From: Cellvibrionales bacterium
Lineage (GTDB): Bacteria; Pseudomonadota; Gammaproteobacteria; Pseudomonadales; Halieaceae
Assembly (NCBI GenBank): GCA_043513815.1
Contig: CP121313.1
Span: 4,054,783-4,118,782, forward strand
Length of the DNA: 64,000 bases
Reading direction: 5' to 3'
Part shown: one piece after another, positions 11,812-21,644 of the stretch
Layout of the letters: every line of letters begins with the position of its first letter
Position numbering within the stretch: the stretch's first letter is position 1
Program-made: the position numbers and the translations under genes
The notes under the pieces: model-generated
The model's database searches: none
Seen by the model: the letters and a program-made list of their open reading frames with translations, nothing else
Told to the model about the DNA's origin: nothing

Positions 11812-13302
11812 ATGTCTATCCCGGAAGGTGCCTTCCTGCACTTGGAATCACTGTTCTTTTCCTATCGTGCCCTGCCTGTGCTCAAGGGCATCAACTGGAC
11901 CTGGCGCGACGGCGAGCAATGGGCCTGCGTCGGTCCCAACGGCGCCGGCAAGACCACCCTGGCAGGCCTGCTGAGCCGGCAGCTTGATTGGGGTAGCGGA
12001 CAGCTTCTGCGCAGCGACCGCCTCAACAGGGGTCGCTGCAGCTATGTCTGCTTCGAACAGCAGAAAAGTCTGTGCGATCGGGACCGGCGCCTGGATGACT
12101 CGGAGTTTCGCAGCGATGCCCGCGACCCCGGGACCACGGTCGCGGCGGCCCTGGGCGCGGACCTGGACGCTGAGAAATGCCGCCAGTGGATAGCGCGACT
12201 GGGGATCGGACATATTCTTGAGCGTGGGCTGCGCTTCATCTCCACCGGAGAAATGCGCAAAACACTGCTGTTGCGAGCCATCCTGCAATCACCTGCGCTA
12301 CTCATTCTCGACAGCCCGCTCGACGGCCTCGATCGCGCCAGCCAGCAAGGCATGCGCGATATCCTCGAGTATTTTACCGGCACCGCCACTCGCGTACTGC
12401 TGCTGGCACGCAGCCTGACCGACATGCCGCAGGGGATCACCCACCTGCTGGTGCTTGACGAGGGCGAGGTGATCGCCGCCGGCCCGCGGCAACAGGTGCT
12501 GGCTGATCCTGCGGTCACATCCCTTATGAATCCGCCGCCGCTCAGCTTCGGTGCCCTGCCTCCCCCAGCCGAGCGCCCCTATACCCTGACACCGGATGCA
12601 CCCCTGCTGCAGTTACGGAATGTGTCCGTCAGCTACGGCGAGACCCGCGTCCTGAAAGCCGTCAACTGGACCCTGGGACCGGGGCAGCACTGCAATATCG
12701 CCGGCCCTAACGGCTGCGGTAAGACGACCCTGCTCAGCCTGGTCACCGGTGACAACCACAAGGCCTACGGGCAGGACATTACGCTGTTCGGACAACGGCG
12801 CGGCAGCGGAGAGAGTGTCTGGGACATCAAGCAAAAGTTCGGGCAGGTAGATACCCAGCTACACCTGAACTACAGCCGCGGGATGGCCGTGCTGGAAGTG
12901 GTCGTCAGTGGCTTCTTCGACAGTATGGGACTTTACGACGACTGGGGTGACGGGCAACTGGACATTGCCCGCGCCTGGCTCAGGACACTGGGTCTTGGGG
13001 AGCTGGCCCGGGCGCCGTTTGACACCCTGTCCTTCGGCGTCCAGCGTATGGTCCTGCTGGCCCGGGCCATGGTGAAATCACCGGCCATCCTGCTGCTCGA
13101 CGAGCCCTGCCTCGGGCTCGATGGGCACCACACCCGCGGCATACTCGATGCGGTGGATCACATCGCAGAGCAGAGTGACACCCAGATCGTGTTTGTAAGC
13201 CACAGCGTGGGCGAGATGCCGGCCTGCATCAATCAATGGCTGGAATTCGTGCCTACGGTTGACGGCTTCGATCTGCAGCTTCGCGAAGCGAGCGGAGCGT
13301 AA
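11812..13302 (+). CDS. tandem-ATPase ABC protein without a membrane domain, ModF-like
   Basis: 496 aa with two Walker A sites (GPNGAGKTT, GPNGCGKTT), two signature/Walker B regions (ISTGEMRK...LLILDSP; LSFGVQR...ILLLDEP), and no TM segments. Confidence 0.85.
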   Translation: MSIPEGAFLHLESLFFSYRALPVLKGINWTWRDGEQWACVGPNGAGKTTLAGLLSRQLDWGSGQLLRSDRLNRGRCSYVCFEQQKSLCDRDRRLDDSEFRSDARDPGTTVAAALGADLDAEKCRQWIARLGIGHILERGLRFISTGEMRKTLLLRAILQSPALLILDSPLDGLDRASQQGMRDILEYFTGTATRVLLLARSLTDMPQGITHLLVLDEGEVIAAGPRQQVLADPAVTSLMNPPPLSFGALPPPAERPYTLTPDAPLLQLRNVSVSYGETRVLKAVNWTLGPGQHCNIAGPNGCGKTTLLSLVTGDNHKAYGQDITLFGQRRGSGESVWDIKQKFGQVDTQLHLNYSRGMAVLEVVVSGFFDSMGLYDDWGDGQLDIARAWLRTLGLGELARAPFDTLSFGVQRMVLLARAMVKSPAILLLDEPCLGLDGHHTRGILDAVDHIAEQSDTQIVFVSHSVGEMPACINQWLEFVPTVDGFDLQLREASGA

Positions 13303-13396
13303 CAAATTTGGCCGTCCACTCTTCACCGATTCGGCGCTCGATGCGCGCTCGAGCTTGTTGTAGCGCTGGAAATGCCTGATTGGTGAGAGTCAGAGG

Positions 13397-13807
13397 CTAG
13401 GGCCTTGCCAGTGCGCGCAACTCGTCGCAGCTCGTGGCATCACAGTACAGCAGGCCGCGTTCGGCTGCCGCCCGCGCCGCTCCTTCCTCGCCCCGCTGCT
13501 GGTGCAGCCGGGACAGTTCCAGGTACACCAGGGCATTGCCGGGGTCCAGTCGCTGGGCGCGCTGCAGCAGGGCATCCGCGCGCAACAGGTCGCCTCGCCG
13601 TCGCGCCTCGCGCGCCTGGTCAAGCAGTCCCGCGCTGGCGGTCCGCAGCCCGGGTTCAGCGGCGGCGGGTGCTACCGAGGCAGGTGTCTTCTCGACAACC
13701 GCCGGCGAATCAGCCGGCGCGTCAGAGGAACGCATCGGCTCACTCGCGCAGCCGGCCAGTCCCAGGCCCGTTCCCAGCAGGGCGATCAGAAAAGCTCGCG
13801 AAACCAT
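13397..13807 (-). CDS. TPR-containing lipoprotein, hypothetical
   Basis: Lipobox LGLAGC after MVSRAFLIALLGTG, then an Ala/Pro-rich linker and one TPR-like unit (GDLLRADALLQRAQRLDPGNALVYLELSRLH). Start taken at the Met preceding the signal peptide. Confidence 0.7.
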   Translation of the reverse strand: MVSRAFLIALLGTGLGLAGCASEPMRSSDAPADSPAVVEKTPASVAPAAAEPGLRTASAGLLDQAREARRRGDLLRADALLQRAQRLDPGNALVYLELSRLHQQRGEEGAARAAAERGLLYCDATSCDELRALARP

Positions 13808-16032
13808 TCGATAATCCGCTCGGAAGTGCTCACACAAGGACCGCGCTCAGTCGGTTCCGACCCTGCTATGAAAGGCAGCAGGCGGGCGTTGGCGCAGTTG
13901 CGACTGCTGAGCTTACCACTGGCTTCGTCGACCCAGAAATGCTCGATACCGTCGGGTGTGCGATAGGCCAGTGGCCGGTGACTGGTGCGCGCCATGAAGT
14001 GAGACCAGATGCGGGCGGCGCCCGTGGCGCCGGTCAGCCCCGTTGCGGCATTGTCATCGCGCCCGATCCAGTTGACCGCCAGCAGATCACCGGAGAATCC
14101 CGCGAACCAGGAGTCGCGGTTGTCATTGGTGGTGCCCGTCTTGCCGGCTACTGCAAAGTCCGCCGGCAGCTCCCGGTAAACAATCTTGCCGGTGCCCTCC
14201 TGCACCACTTCTCGCAGGGCATAGTGCAGCAGATGGATTGCCTGGGTAGATGCGACCTGCTCATAGGCCAGAGGGAAACGCTGCAGCAGGCTTCCATCGG
14301 CGGCCACTACATCGCGGATGGTGTGCAGCGGCAGGTTGAAACCTCCGGCCGCAATGGACTGGTACAGGGACGCCACATCAATCGGTGCCAGCCCGCCGGC
14401 ACCCAGCAGCATCGCTGGCACGTCCGGCTGTGGGCGATCAACCCCCAACTGCTGCAAGGTCGCTCGCACGCGCTCGGTGCCCAGCTCCATGCCCAGGCGC
14501 GCGGTGGCCTGGTTGAAGGATTGGGAGAGCGCCCGGTGCAGCAGGACCGTACCGTGGGACTCACGATCAAAATTGGCAGGGGTCCAGCGGTTGGCCTGAT
14601 CCAGTTCGATGCTGAATTCGCTGTCGTCCAGAGGCGACGCCAGCGTCCAGCGCTCTGGTTCCTGCAAGGCGGTCAGGTAGACCACGGGTTTGATCAGGGA
14701 CCCCATCGGGCGAATGGCATCCAGCGCCCGATTGAAGCCGGCGAAGCGCGGCCGCCGCCCACCAATCAGCGCCCGCACTTCACCGTCGCCGAAACTGGTG
14801 ACAACCATGGCAGCCTGCAGTTCATCCTCGGCATCCAGACCGTCGAGCACCGACTGGATGCTGGATTCCGCCTGCCGCTGCAACTGGGGATCGAAGCTGG
14901 TAAAGATTCGCAGGCCGCGGGACCCCAGGTCCTGCTCCCGGTAATCACGACGCAGCTGGCGCCGGACCAGGTCCAGGAAGGCGGGAAAGCTGTTCATGAT
15001 GCGGGGGCGCTGACTGAGTCCCAACGGCATGGCAATGGCCACCTGGTACTCGGCCTCGTTGATCAACTGTTCTGCACGCATGACCCCCAGCACCGTATTG
15101 CGGCGCTCGATGGCGCGCTGGGGGTGCCGGATGGGGTTATACAGGGAGGGCCCCTTGACCATGCCGACCAGCAGCGCCTGCTGGTGCAGACCCAGCTCTT
15201 CGAGGGGCTGGTCGAAGTAGTGACGGCTCGCCAGACCGAAACCATGGATCGCCCGCGGCCCGTCCTGCCCGAGATAGACCTCGTTGATATAGGCCTCGAG
15301 AATCTCATCCTTTTCCGCGTGGAATTCCAGCAAACCGGCCATCACGACCTCGGTGAGCTTGCGGCTGAAGCTGCGTTCCCGCGTCAGGTAGTAGTTCTTG
15401 ACCAGCTGCTGGGTGATAGTACTGCCGCCCTGCACCAGGCGGCCGGCCCGCAAGTTGGCCCAGGCGGCGCGGGCAATACCCGTGGGGGAAATGCCCCAGT
15501 GCTGATAGAAGCGCCGATCCTCAACCGCCAGCAATGCCTGCCTCAGGCCGGGGGGCGACTGCGCCAGTTTGAGCAACAACCGGTCCTCCTGGTGGCGCGG
15601 ATAAATACCGCCAATCTGCACCGGCTCAAGACGGTAGAGCGGCACGCTGTCGGCGCCGGCACGCATTTGCAACAGGCGCCGTCCAGCGAACTCCAGCACC
15701 AGGCGCCCGCCCGGGCGGCGTTCGTCAGGGAACAGGAACTCACGGGTATACAGTTCCATGCGCTGTCCGCTGCGCCGCATCTGCCCGGGGGCAGAGAGTA
15801 CGGGCACGTCCCGATAGCCCAGCAGTGACAGTTCGTAGGCAAGATCATCGGCGCCCAACGCCAGCCCGGGATATAGCTCAAGCGGGCGCGCATAGACGCT
15901 GGCCGGCACTTCCCAACGGCGGTCGCTGAACGTCGAGCTGACCAGGGCATCCAGGTAGATCAACAGCACACTGGCCAGCACGGCGAGGGCGAGCAGGGCT
16001 CGCAGGACAATGGAACGGGTTTTGGTCTTCAT
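13786..16032 (-). CDS. mrcB: penicillin-binding protein 1B (bifunctional glycosyltransferase/transpeptidase)
   Basis: 748 aa. N-terminal TM, UB2H-like insert, GT51 motifs (EDRRFYQHWGI, GGSTITQQLVKN, RKL.E), and transpeptidase motifs SLIKP, SFN and KTGTT. Confidence 0.94.
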   Translation of the reverse strand: MKTKTRSIVLRALLALAVLASVLLIYLDALVSSTFSDRRWEVPASVYARPLELYPGLALGADDLAYELSLLGYRDVPVLSAPGQMRRSGQRMELYTREFLFPDERRPGGRLVLEFAGRRLLQMRAGADSVPLYRLEPVQIGGIYPRHQEDRLLLKLAQSPPGLRQALLAVEDRRFYQHWGISPTGIARAAWANLRAGRLVQGGSTITQQLVKNYYLTRERSFSRKLTEVVMAGLLEFHAEKDEILEAYINEVYLGQDGPRAIHGFGLASRHYFDQPLEELGLHQQALLVGMVKGPSLYNPIRHPQRAIERRNTVLGVMRAEQLINEAEYQVAIAMPLGLSQRPRIMNSFPAFLDLVRRQLRRDYREQDLGSRGLRIFTSFDPQLQRQAESSIQSVLDGLDAEDELQAAMVVTSFGDGEVRALIGGRRPRFAGFNRALDAIRPMGSLIKPVVYLTALQEPERWTLASPLDDSEFSIELDQANRWTPANFDRESHGTVLLHRALSQSFNQATARLGMELGTERVRATLQQLGVDRPQPDVPAMLLGAGGLAPIDVASLYQSIAAGGFNLPLHTIRDVVAADGSLLQRFPLAYEQVASTQAIHLLHYALREVVQEGTGKIVYRELPADFAVAGKTGTTNDNRDSWFAGFSGDLLAVNWIGRDDNAATGLTGATGAARIWSHFMARTSHRPLAYRTPDGIEHFWVDEASGKLSSRNCANARLLPFIAGSEPTERGPCVSTSERIIEWFRELF

Positions 16033-16110
16033 GTTGGGCGGGGAGTATAAGAGTAGCGACCGGCCCAGTCATTGCCCATAATAGCGGCCTTTCAAACCGG
16101 GAGACGGCAA

Positions 16111-17136
16111 GTGAAGCAGTACAAGGTATATGGCATTGGTAACGCTCTGGTGGACACGGAGATCCAGGTGGACGATGCGGAACTCTCCGCCATGGGTGTC
16201 GAAAAGGGCCTGATGACGCTGGTCGATGAAGCGCGCCAGCAGGAACTGGTCGGGCAGCTCAAGGACCACCTGATCACCGCCAAACGCGCCAGCGGCGGAA
16301 GCGCCGCCAATACCGTGATCGCAGTTGCCCGCTTTGGCGGCAGTGGTTTTTACTCCTGCAAGGTTGCCAATGACGACAACGGTGACTTCTACCTCGCCGA
16401 CCTGGAAGCGGCCGGCGTCGATCACAACTGGACCGAAGATCGCGGCGAAGGCACCACCGGTCGCTGCCTGGTGCTGATCTCCCCCGACGCTGAGCGCAGC
16501 ATGAACAGCTTTCTAGGCATCAGCGAAACCCTGGCCGCCAGCGAGCTGGTTCCCAGGGCTATCGAAGCCTCTGACTACCTGTACATGGAAGGCTACCTTG
16601 TCACCTCGCCCACGGGCCGGGCAGCAGCGATTACTGCCCGTGAACATGCTCGCGCCAAGGGTGTGGCCACCGCGCTGAGCTTCTCCGATCCCGGCATGGT
16701 CGAATTCTTCCGCGACGGCCTGGAAGAAATGCTCGGCGAATTCGGTGTTGACCTGCTGTTCTGCAACGAAGCAGAGGCCCTGAGCTGGGCGGGCAGCAAG
16801 GACGTGTCCGAGGCGGCTGAATCCCTAAAGCATGTCGCACGCCAGTTTGTCATCACCCTGGGAGCCAGGGGCGCGCTCCTGTTTGACGGCGAGCGTATGA
16901 TCGATATCGAAGGCACAGCCGCAGAAGCGGTAGACACCAATGGCGCGGGTGACATGTTTGCCGGCGCCTTTTTGCATGCCATCACCCGGGGGGAAGACTT
17001 CGAGACCGCGGGTCGCTTTGCCAGCCTCGCGGCCGCCCGGGTGGTATCCCGCTTTGGACCGCGCCTGTCCGCCAGTGAACACGATGAGGTGCTGAGGGAG
17101 TTCTTCGGCGAGGCGTCGGCTGCTGGCGGCGCCTGA
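16111..17136 (+). CDS. PfkB-family kinase, adenosine-kinase-like
   Basis: Begins KQYKVYGIGNALVD. Carries the PfkB signature-2 block DTNGAGDMFAGAF. I chose the GTG at 16111 with GGGAGA 7 nt upstream; the track ORF begins at 16072. Confidence 0.8.
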   Translation: MKQYKVYGIGNALVDTEIQVDDAELSAMGVEKGLMTLVDEARQQELVGQLKDHLITAKRASGGSAANTVIAVARFGGSGFYSCKVANDDNGDFYLADLEAAGVDHNWTEDRGEGTTGRCLVLISPDAERSMNSFLGISETLAASELVPRAIEASDYLYMEGYLVTSPTGRAAAITAREHARAKGVATALSFSDPGMVEFFRDGLEEMLGEFGVDLLFCNEAEALSWAGSKDVSEAAESLKHVARQFVITLGARGALLFDGERMIDIEGTAAEAVDTNGAGDMFAGAFLHAITRGEDFETAGRFASLAAARVVSRFGPRLSASEHDEVLREFFGEASAAGGA

Positions 17137-17149
17137 GCGGAGCACCCGT

Positions 17150-19507
17150 TCAGAACAGGGATTGCTGCTGGCCGCAGATGTCGTCGAAGCTGGTATCCAG
17201 GAAGTGCAGGATGCCGTCCGCCACCGGCGCCAGCTGTCGCTCGATATAGTACTGATAGTCCAAGGGTGCCTGGGGCTTGTCGGCAGGTTCTGCGCCGGCG
17301 GTGGTCATCACATATTCCACCCAGTCACCGCGGGCAGGCGCTGCATCTCCGCGAGCTCGCGCCAGCCTGGCCGCCTGCACATGGGGCGGCACGTTGCGAT
17401 CATAGTCGTCTAGCCGCCGACGCAGGCGCTTGCGATAAACCAGTTCGCGATCGAGTTCGCCCGCCTCTACCCGGGCCGCCAGATCGCGGATATAGTCCTC
17501 GAACGCCTCCCCGGCAAACACCCGGCGGTAGAGTTCACTCTGGAAGCCGCGGGCCAGGGCCGTCCAGTCGGTGCGGACGTTTTCCAGCCCCTTGAACACC
17601 AGTTCCGACTGACCCGCTCTTTCCACCACCCCGGCATAGCGCTTCTTGCTGCCTTTGTCAGAGCCCCGAATGGTGGGCATGACGAAACGTGAGAAGTGCG
17701 TTTCAAACTCCAGCTCCAGCAGGCTTTCCAGACCGAATTCCCGGGCCAGGCGATCCTGCCACCAGCGGTTGAGCTCGCCCTGCAGCCAGGCGCCTCGCTC
17801 CTGCGCCGACTGCCCGGGGCGATTCGCCACCGCCACGAACACCGAGTCTGTGTCGCCATAAATCACATGGTCACCCAGCGCATCGATCTGGTCACGAGTC
17901 TGCTGGATAATCTGGTGACCACGCCGCGTGATCGAACTGGCGAGTCTGGCGTCAAAAAAGCGACAGCCCGGCGTGCCAAGCACACCGTAGAACGAGTTCA
18001 TGATGATCTTGATGGCCTGGGACTGTGCCTGGTCGCCGCGGGCCTTGGCGGCATCGCGCAGCGACCACAGCTCCTCAATGATGTCGGGCAGCAGATGCGA
18101 GGTGCGGGCAAAGCGTGCACCGATAAAGCCCTCAACCGTATCTTCCTCGGTGGTGTCTTCGGCGGTACCCACGGCAAGCCCCATGGGATCCACCCGGAAG
18201 GTGCGGATGATGCTGGGATACAGGCTCTTGAAGTCCAGCACCAGTACATCGCTGTAGATGCCCGGCTCGGATTCCAGCACAAAACCTCCGGGGCTGGCAG
18301 TCTCATCCCGGCTGGCGTTGGGGGCGACAAACCCCGCGCGGTGCAGCCGGGGCAGGTAGAGAAAGTCAAAGGCTGCCACCGAACCTCCCTGTCGATCGAT
18401 GGCGAGGCCGGTCATCTGGCTGCGGGCGACGGCAAAATCCAGTAGGCCTGTGGTGGAAAAAATCTCCCACACCAGTTCACAGTCGCGAAGGTTGTACTCC
18501 GCCAGTGCGTCCTTGTCGTCCAGGAAAAGCTCGGTGATCTGTTCACCGCGCTGGCTGCCGTGCAACAGCTTGCCCTCGCCCAGCAGGTCGCGACTGACAG
18601 ACTCCAGCGAAAAGCTCTCAAAGCGATAGGTAGCCGTTCGCAGCAGGTCAATCCCGTCGAGCACCGCACGGCCGGGAATCTGCACAGCACGGCGCTCGCC
18701 GTCTTCATCCAGCTCGCGCCAGTGCCAGGGCTTACCATCACGCCCCAGCGGCAGGCGCCGGCCCAGCTTGTCCGCCACCCGCTGCAGGTACCACAAATCA
18801 AAATTGATGACGTTCCAGCCGATGATGATGTCCGGATCGTAGTCGGAAAACCAGGCTATGAAACGCGACAGCAGCTCCGCTTCACTGCCGCAACACTCCA
18901 CGTAGTCCAGCTCACTGGCATCGCCGCGCATGAACACTTTGCGCACCGGCTCACCTTCGTCGATCGCGTAAAGCCCAATGCTGTAAAGCTCCAGCCGATC
19001 AATGGCTGTTTCTATGTCCAGCGACAGCATCCGCAGGCGAGGACGATACTCCGCACTGCGGACCTGCACGGAACCCATGGCCTGGAACGCAAGGGAACCG
19101 CGCACAAAGCGCTCCATGAGGTAGCGATCAGCAGGGTTCAGGTCTGCCTCCAGCGGGTCAAGGCCGGCGTCCCGCAGGCGGTCCCGGGCCTGGCGCAGCT
19201 GGCGCTGGCTGCGAAAATAAAGGCCAGTGACGGGCTGCATGGCAAAATCACGCAGCGGCAACGGCTCCACGCGAAAGCTGAAATCAGCGCCCAGCAGCGT
19301 CCTGGCCTGCGCCACATCAGCGCTCGGCAGGAAAAACAGCACCTCCTGTGCGGGTACTACCAGACGGCGAGGCCCGCTATCCGTGGCCAGCCATAGCTCG
19401 AGCTCGACACCGGCGTTGCTATCGCGCCACTGTCGGGTCAGCAGAAATCCGGTGGTGGTCTCTGGCACGGGCATTGGCTCTGTAAGAAGATCTGGTATGG
19501 GCATCAC
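17150..19507 (-). CDS. polB: DNA polymerase II (family B)
   Basis: 785 aa. Exo motifs (LSLDIET, IIGWNVINFD, YNLRDC) and polymerase motifs (DFKSLYPSII, KIIMNSFYG, YGDTDS). Confidence 0.96.
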   Translation of the reverse strand: MMPIPDLLTEPMPVPETTTGFLLTRQWRDSNAGVELELWLATDSGPRRLVVPAQEVLFFLPSADVAQARTLLGADFSFRVEPLPLRDFAMQPVTGLYFRSQRQLRQARDRLRDAGLDPLEADLNPADRYLMERFVRGSLAFQAMGSVQVRSAEYRPRLRMLSLDIETAIDRLELYSIGLYAIDEGEPVRKVFMRGDASELDYVECCGSEAELLSRFIAWFSDYDPDIIIGWNVINFDLWYLQRVADKLGRRLPLGRDGKPWHWRELDEDGERRAVQIPGRAVLDGIDLLRTATYRFESFSLESVSRDLLGEGKLLHGSQRGEQITELFLDDKDALAEYNLRDCELVWEIFSTTGLLDFAVARSQMTGLAIDRQGGSVAAFDFLYLPRLHRAGFVAPNASRDETASPGGFVLESEPGIYSDVLVLDFKSLYPSIIRTFRVDPMGLAVGTAEDTTEEDTVEGFIGARFARTSHLLPDIIEELWSLRDAAKARGDQAQSQAIKIIMNSFYGVLGTPGCRFFDARLASSITRRGHQIIQQTRDQIDALGDHVIYGDTDSVFVAVANRPGQSAQERGAWLQGELNRWWQDRLAREFGLESLLELEFETHFSRFVMPTIRGSDKGSKKRYAGVVERAGQSELVFKGLENVRTDWTALARGFQSELYRRVFAGEAFEDYIRDLAARVEAGELDRELVYRKRLRRRLDDYDRNVPPHVQAARLARARGDAAPARGDWVEYVMTTAGAEPADKPQAPLDYQYYIERQLAPVADGILHFLDTSFDDICGQQQSLF

Positions 19508-19556
19508 GGGAGAGCTTGGTTACCCTATAGCTTATTGCGAACCCCGGGCGACCACC

Positions 19557-19904
19557 ATGAGCAAACCCACCATCAGCGACGACCCGCTCTACCTGCTTCT
19601 GAGAAACGAGGAGATCAGGGAGTTTAACGAGCAGCGTCATACACTGGACACCAACCGATTGAAGAGTGGCGACTATCGCGGCCGCGACCTGCGCAACATG
19701 GATGCCTCAGGGCTCGACTTCAGTGACTCCTATTTCCGCAACAGCGACCTGCGCGGCATCGATTTTCGGGAGACCAACCTGGAAGGTGCCAGCCTGATCG
19801 ACGCCAAGGTATCCGGCACCTATTTCCCTGAGGCTTTGAGTGCCGAGGAAATCAGGTTGTCATTGGACACCGGTACCCGGTTGCGCTATCGGCAACCGGA
19901 ATAA
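19557..19904 (+). CDS. small pentapeptide-repeat protein
   Basis: 115 aa. Consecutive A(D/N)LXX-type pentapeptides (GRDLRNMDASGLDFSDSYFRNSDLRGIDFRETNLEGASLIDAKV). ATG at 19557. Confidence 0.8.
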   Translation: MSKPTISDDPLYLLLRNEEIREFNEQRHTLDTNRLKSGDYRGRDLRNMDASGLDFSDSYFRNSDLRGIDFRETNLEGASLIDAKVSGTYFPEALSAEEIRLSLDTGTRLRYRQPE

Positions 19905-19908
19905 GCAA

Positions 19909-19954
19909 AACCCGTCTGACTAGCCGTCTGACTAGCCGTCTGACAATAGCCGAC
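19909..19954. repeat. 12-bp tandem repeat, 3 copies plus a partial (AACCCGTCTGAC TAGCCGTCTGAC TAGCCGTCTGAC AATAGCCGAC)
   Basis: Read directly from the sequence, between the convergent pentapeptide and DUF2333 genes. The final full copy encodes the last codons (S-D-G) of the minus-strand gene, and its TAG stop spans the junction of the two perfect copies. Confidence 0.9.
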
Positions 19955-21008
19955 GCAGATCGATAATGGCGGCATTGGCACGACTGATATAAGACGCCAT
20001 CACCAGCGAGTGGTTGGCCACCAGCCCGAATCCCGAGCCGTTGAGCACGATCGGACTCCAGACCGTCTGCTGGGTGGCTTCCAGCTCACGGATAATCTGC
20101 TGCAGGCTGATGCGGGCGTTCTTGTCTTCCAGGACGTCGGCAAAGTCCACTTCAGCGGCCCTCAGGAAATGGATCAGCGCCCAGGTAGAGCCGCGGGCGC
20201 TATAAAACACGTCATCGATCTCCAGCCACGGCGTGCGCACTTCGCCATCATCTGGCGTGGGTGTCGCCTGGGTGGCCTGGGACTCACCTGCCAAATCAGT
20301 ATTGATGCGACGCTGGCCCACGCTGGCGGTCAAGCGCTGTGAAAGGCTGCCGAGGCGCGTCTCCACCGTCGCCAGCCAGTAGGCCAGGTTGTCGGCGCGC
20401 GCATAAAACTGCGCGTCGCGTGCACTGCTGTCCGCCAGCCTCAGGGCATAGCTCCGGAGATGTCTAATGCCGGCCCGGTACTCGCGCTCGGAAGGGGGCA
20501 GCATCCAGGAATTTGCCTTGAAATTCAGCAGCGGCTCCGCCTCGGCCAGGTCGGGATCTTCCTTGGACTGCGACTGCGAGCGACTGTAGGACTCGCGCAT
20601 TGCCCGGGCCAGGTCGCGCACCTGGATCAACGCTCCATATTCCCAGTTGGGCATGTTGTCCAGCCACAGGCCCGGCGGGAAAATGTCATTGCGGAGAAAC
20701 CCCCCGGGTTTGTCGAGCAGGGTTTCGGCCACGCCGATCAGTGCGGTCGTGGTGACGGTGCCGGTCACTACCTTGCTGTCGTTGTCGGCGGCAAACCGTT
20801 CCGCCTGTTCCCGCACGTCGAACTGGGAAGGCGCCAGACTCCAGTACATGCCCAATCCCACGCACACCAGCAGATAGAGCCCCAGCGCACCGCCAATACC
20901 ACGCAACCAGCCCCCGTCCGGTGCCGCGGCGTGCAGGCGCGCTCGCAGTGCCGACCCGGATTCCCGGATACCTTCCAACATATCTACCTCCAACTGGCTA
21001 TCAGCCAC
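19932..21008 (-). CDS. DUF2333-family membrane protein
   Basis: 358 aa. One N-terminal TM (GIGGALGLYLLVCVGLGMYW), then the conserved block KPGGFLRNDIFPPGLWLDNMPNWEYG, which I remember as typical of DUF2333. Confidence 0.8.
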   Translation of the reverse strand: MADSQLEVDMLEGIRESGSALRARLHAAAPDGGWLRGIGGALGLYLLVCVGLGMYWSLAPSQFDVREQAERFAADNDSKVVTGTVTTTALIGVAETLLDKPGGFLRNDIFPPGLWLDNMPNWEYGALIQVRDLARAMRESYSRSQSQSKEDPDLAEAEPLLNFKANSWMLPPSEREYRAGIRHLRSYALRLADSSARDAQFYARADNLAYWLATVETRLGSLSQRLTASVGQRRINTDLAGESQATQATPTPDDGEVRTPWLEIDDVFYSARGSTWALIHFLRAAEVDFADVLEDKNARISLQQIIRELEATQQTVWSPIVLNGSGFGLVANHSLVMASYISRANAAIIDLRRLLSDG

Positions 21009-21027
21009 CTCGCGTCACGAAGGCGGC

Positions 21028-21471
21028 CTAGTGATGTTTGTGGCCCGTACCCGCCCCGATGGCGCGTACCTCAATATCGAGCTCAACGGTTTCCCCGTTG
21101 TCGAACTCCAGCGTCAGCGGCAGGCCGTCACCTTCGCGCAGCGCCTGCTGCATATTGAACAGCATCAGGTGTATCCCGCCGGGCGCCAGTTCGACGCTAC
21201 CGCCGGCCGGGATCGCCACTGCCGCCAGCCGCCGCATGCTCCACATGCCGTCTTCCTGCACGGAGCGGTGTATTTCTACGCTACCGGCCAGCGGTGTCGA
21301 CGCCGCTACCAGGGCCACGGTGGCGTCTGAAGAATTGCTGATAGTCATATAGGCGGCCCCGGTAGGCTGCCCCGGGGGCATTGCCCGCATCCAGCCGTCA
21401 CTGACTTCCAACGCCCAACACGGCAGAGCGGAGAAAACTGCGATCAGTGGCAGGAATCTGAAAAAATTCAT
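21028..21471 (-). CDS. periplasmic copper chaperone PCu(A)C (DUF461)
   Basis: Signal peptide MNFFRFLPLIAVFSALPCWA. Met/His copper motif (H..V.EDGM..M ... GG.H.ML) and a His-rich C-terminus GHKHH. Start taken at the ATG at 21471, not the longer track ORF. Confidence 0.85.
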   Translation of the reverse strand: MNFFRFLPLIAVFSALPCWALEVSDGWMRAMPPGQPTGAAYMTISNSSDATVALVAASTPLAGSVEIHRSVQEDGMWSMRRLAAVAIPAGGSVELAPGGIHLMLFNMQQALREGDGLPLTLEFDNGETVELDIEVRAIGAGTGHKHH

Positions 21472-21644
21472 CGAATAGTTCCTTGAGTGGAGCGACACTA
21501 TACCATTCCCGGTCCGCAGGCTGCGTCCTAGCGGTGACTTCCGAGGCGGTACCGGGGTGTCGCTTTTGCTGAACAACGGTAAAATTCCATGAAACTTCCC
21601 CGGGTGTTCAGGTCCAAGCCCCTACCCACAGAGAACCCATCGAA

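Noticed and set aside
13405-15828. 807-aa ORF on the plus strand, antisense to mrcB. Similar long antisense ORFs occur at 28875-31076 (opposite purH/purD), 52629-54329 (opposite rpoD), 24506-25681 (opposite accC), 6780-7820 (opposite hemL) and 44823-45764 (opposite rsmA).
   Set aside because: These translations are Arg/Ala/Gly/Pro-rich low-complexity sequence with no family motifs. They exactly shadow well-supported genes. Such stop-free antisense frames are expected in DNA with this GC content and GC3 bias.
19921-19944. GCCGTCTGA in the tandem repeat resembles the Neisseria DNA uptake sequence (GCCGTCTGAA).
   Set aside because: The gene content and synteny are gammaproteobacterial, not Neisseriaceae. 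The match is 9 of 10 nt, and I see it only in this array. It is treated as coincidence, and the repeat itself is reported separately.
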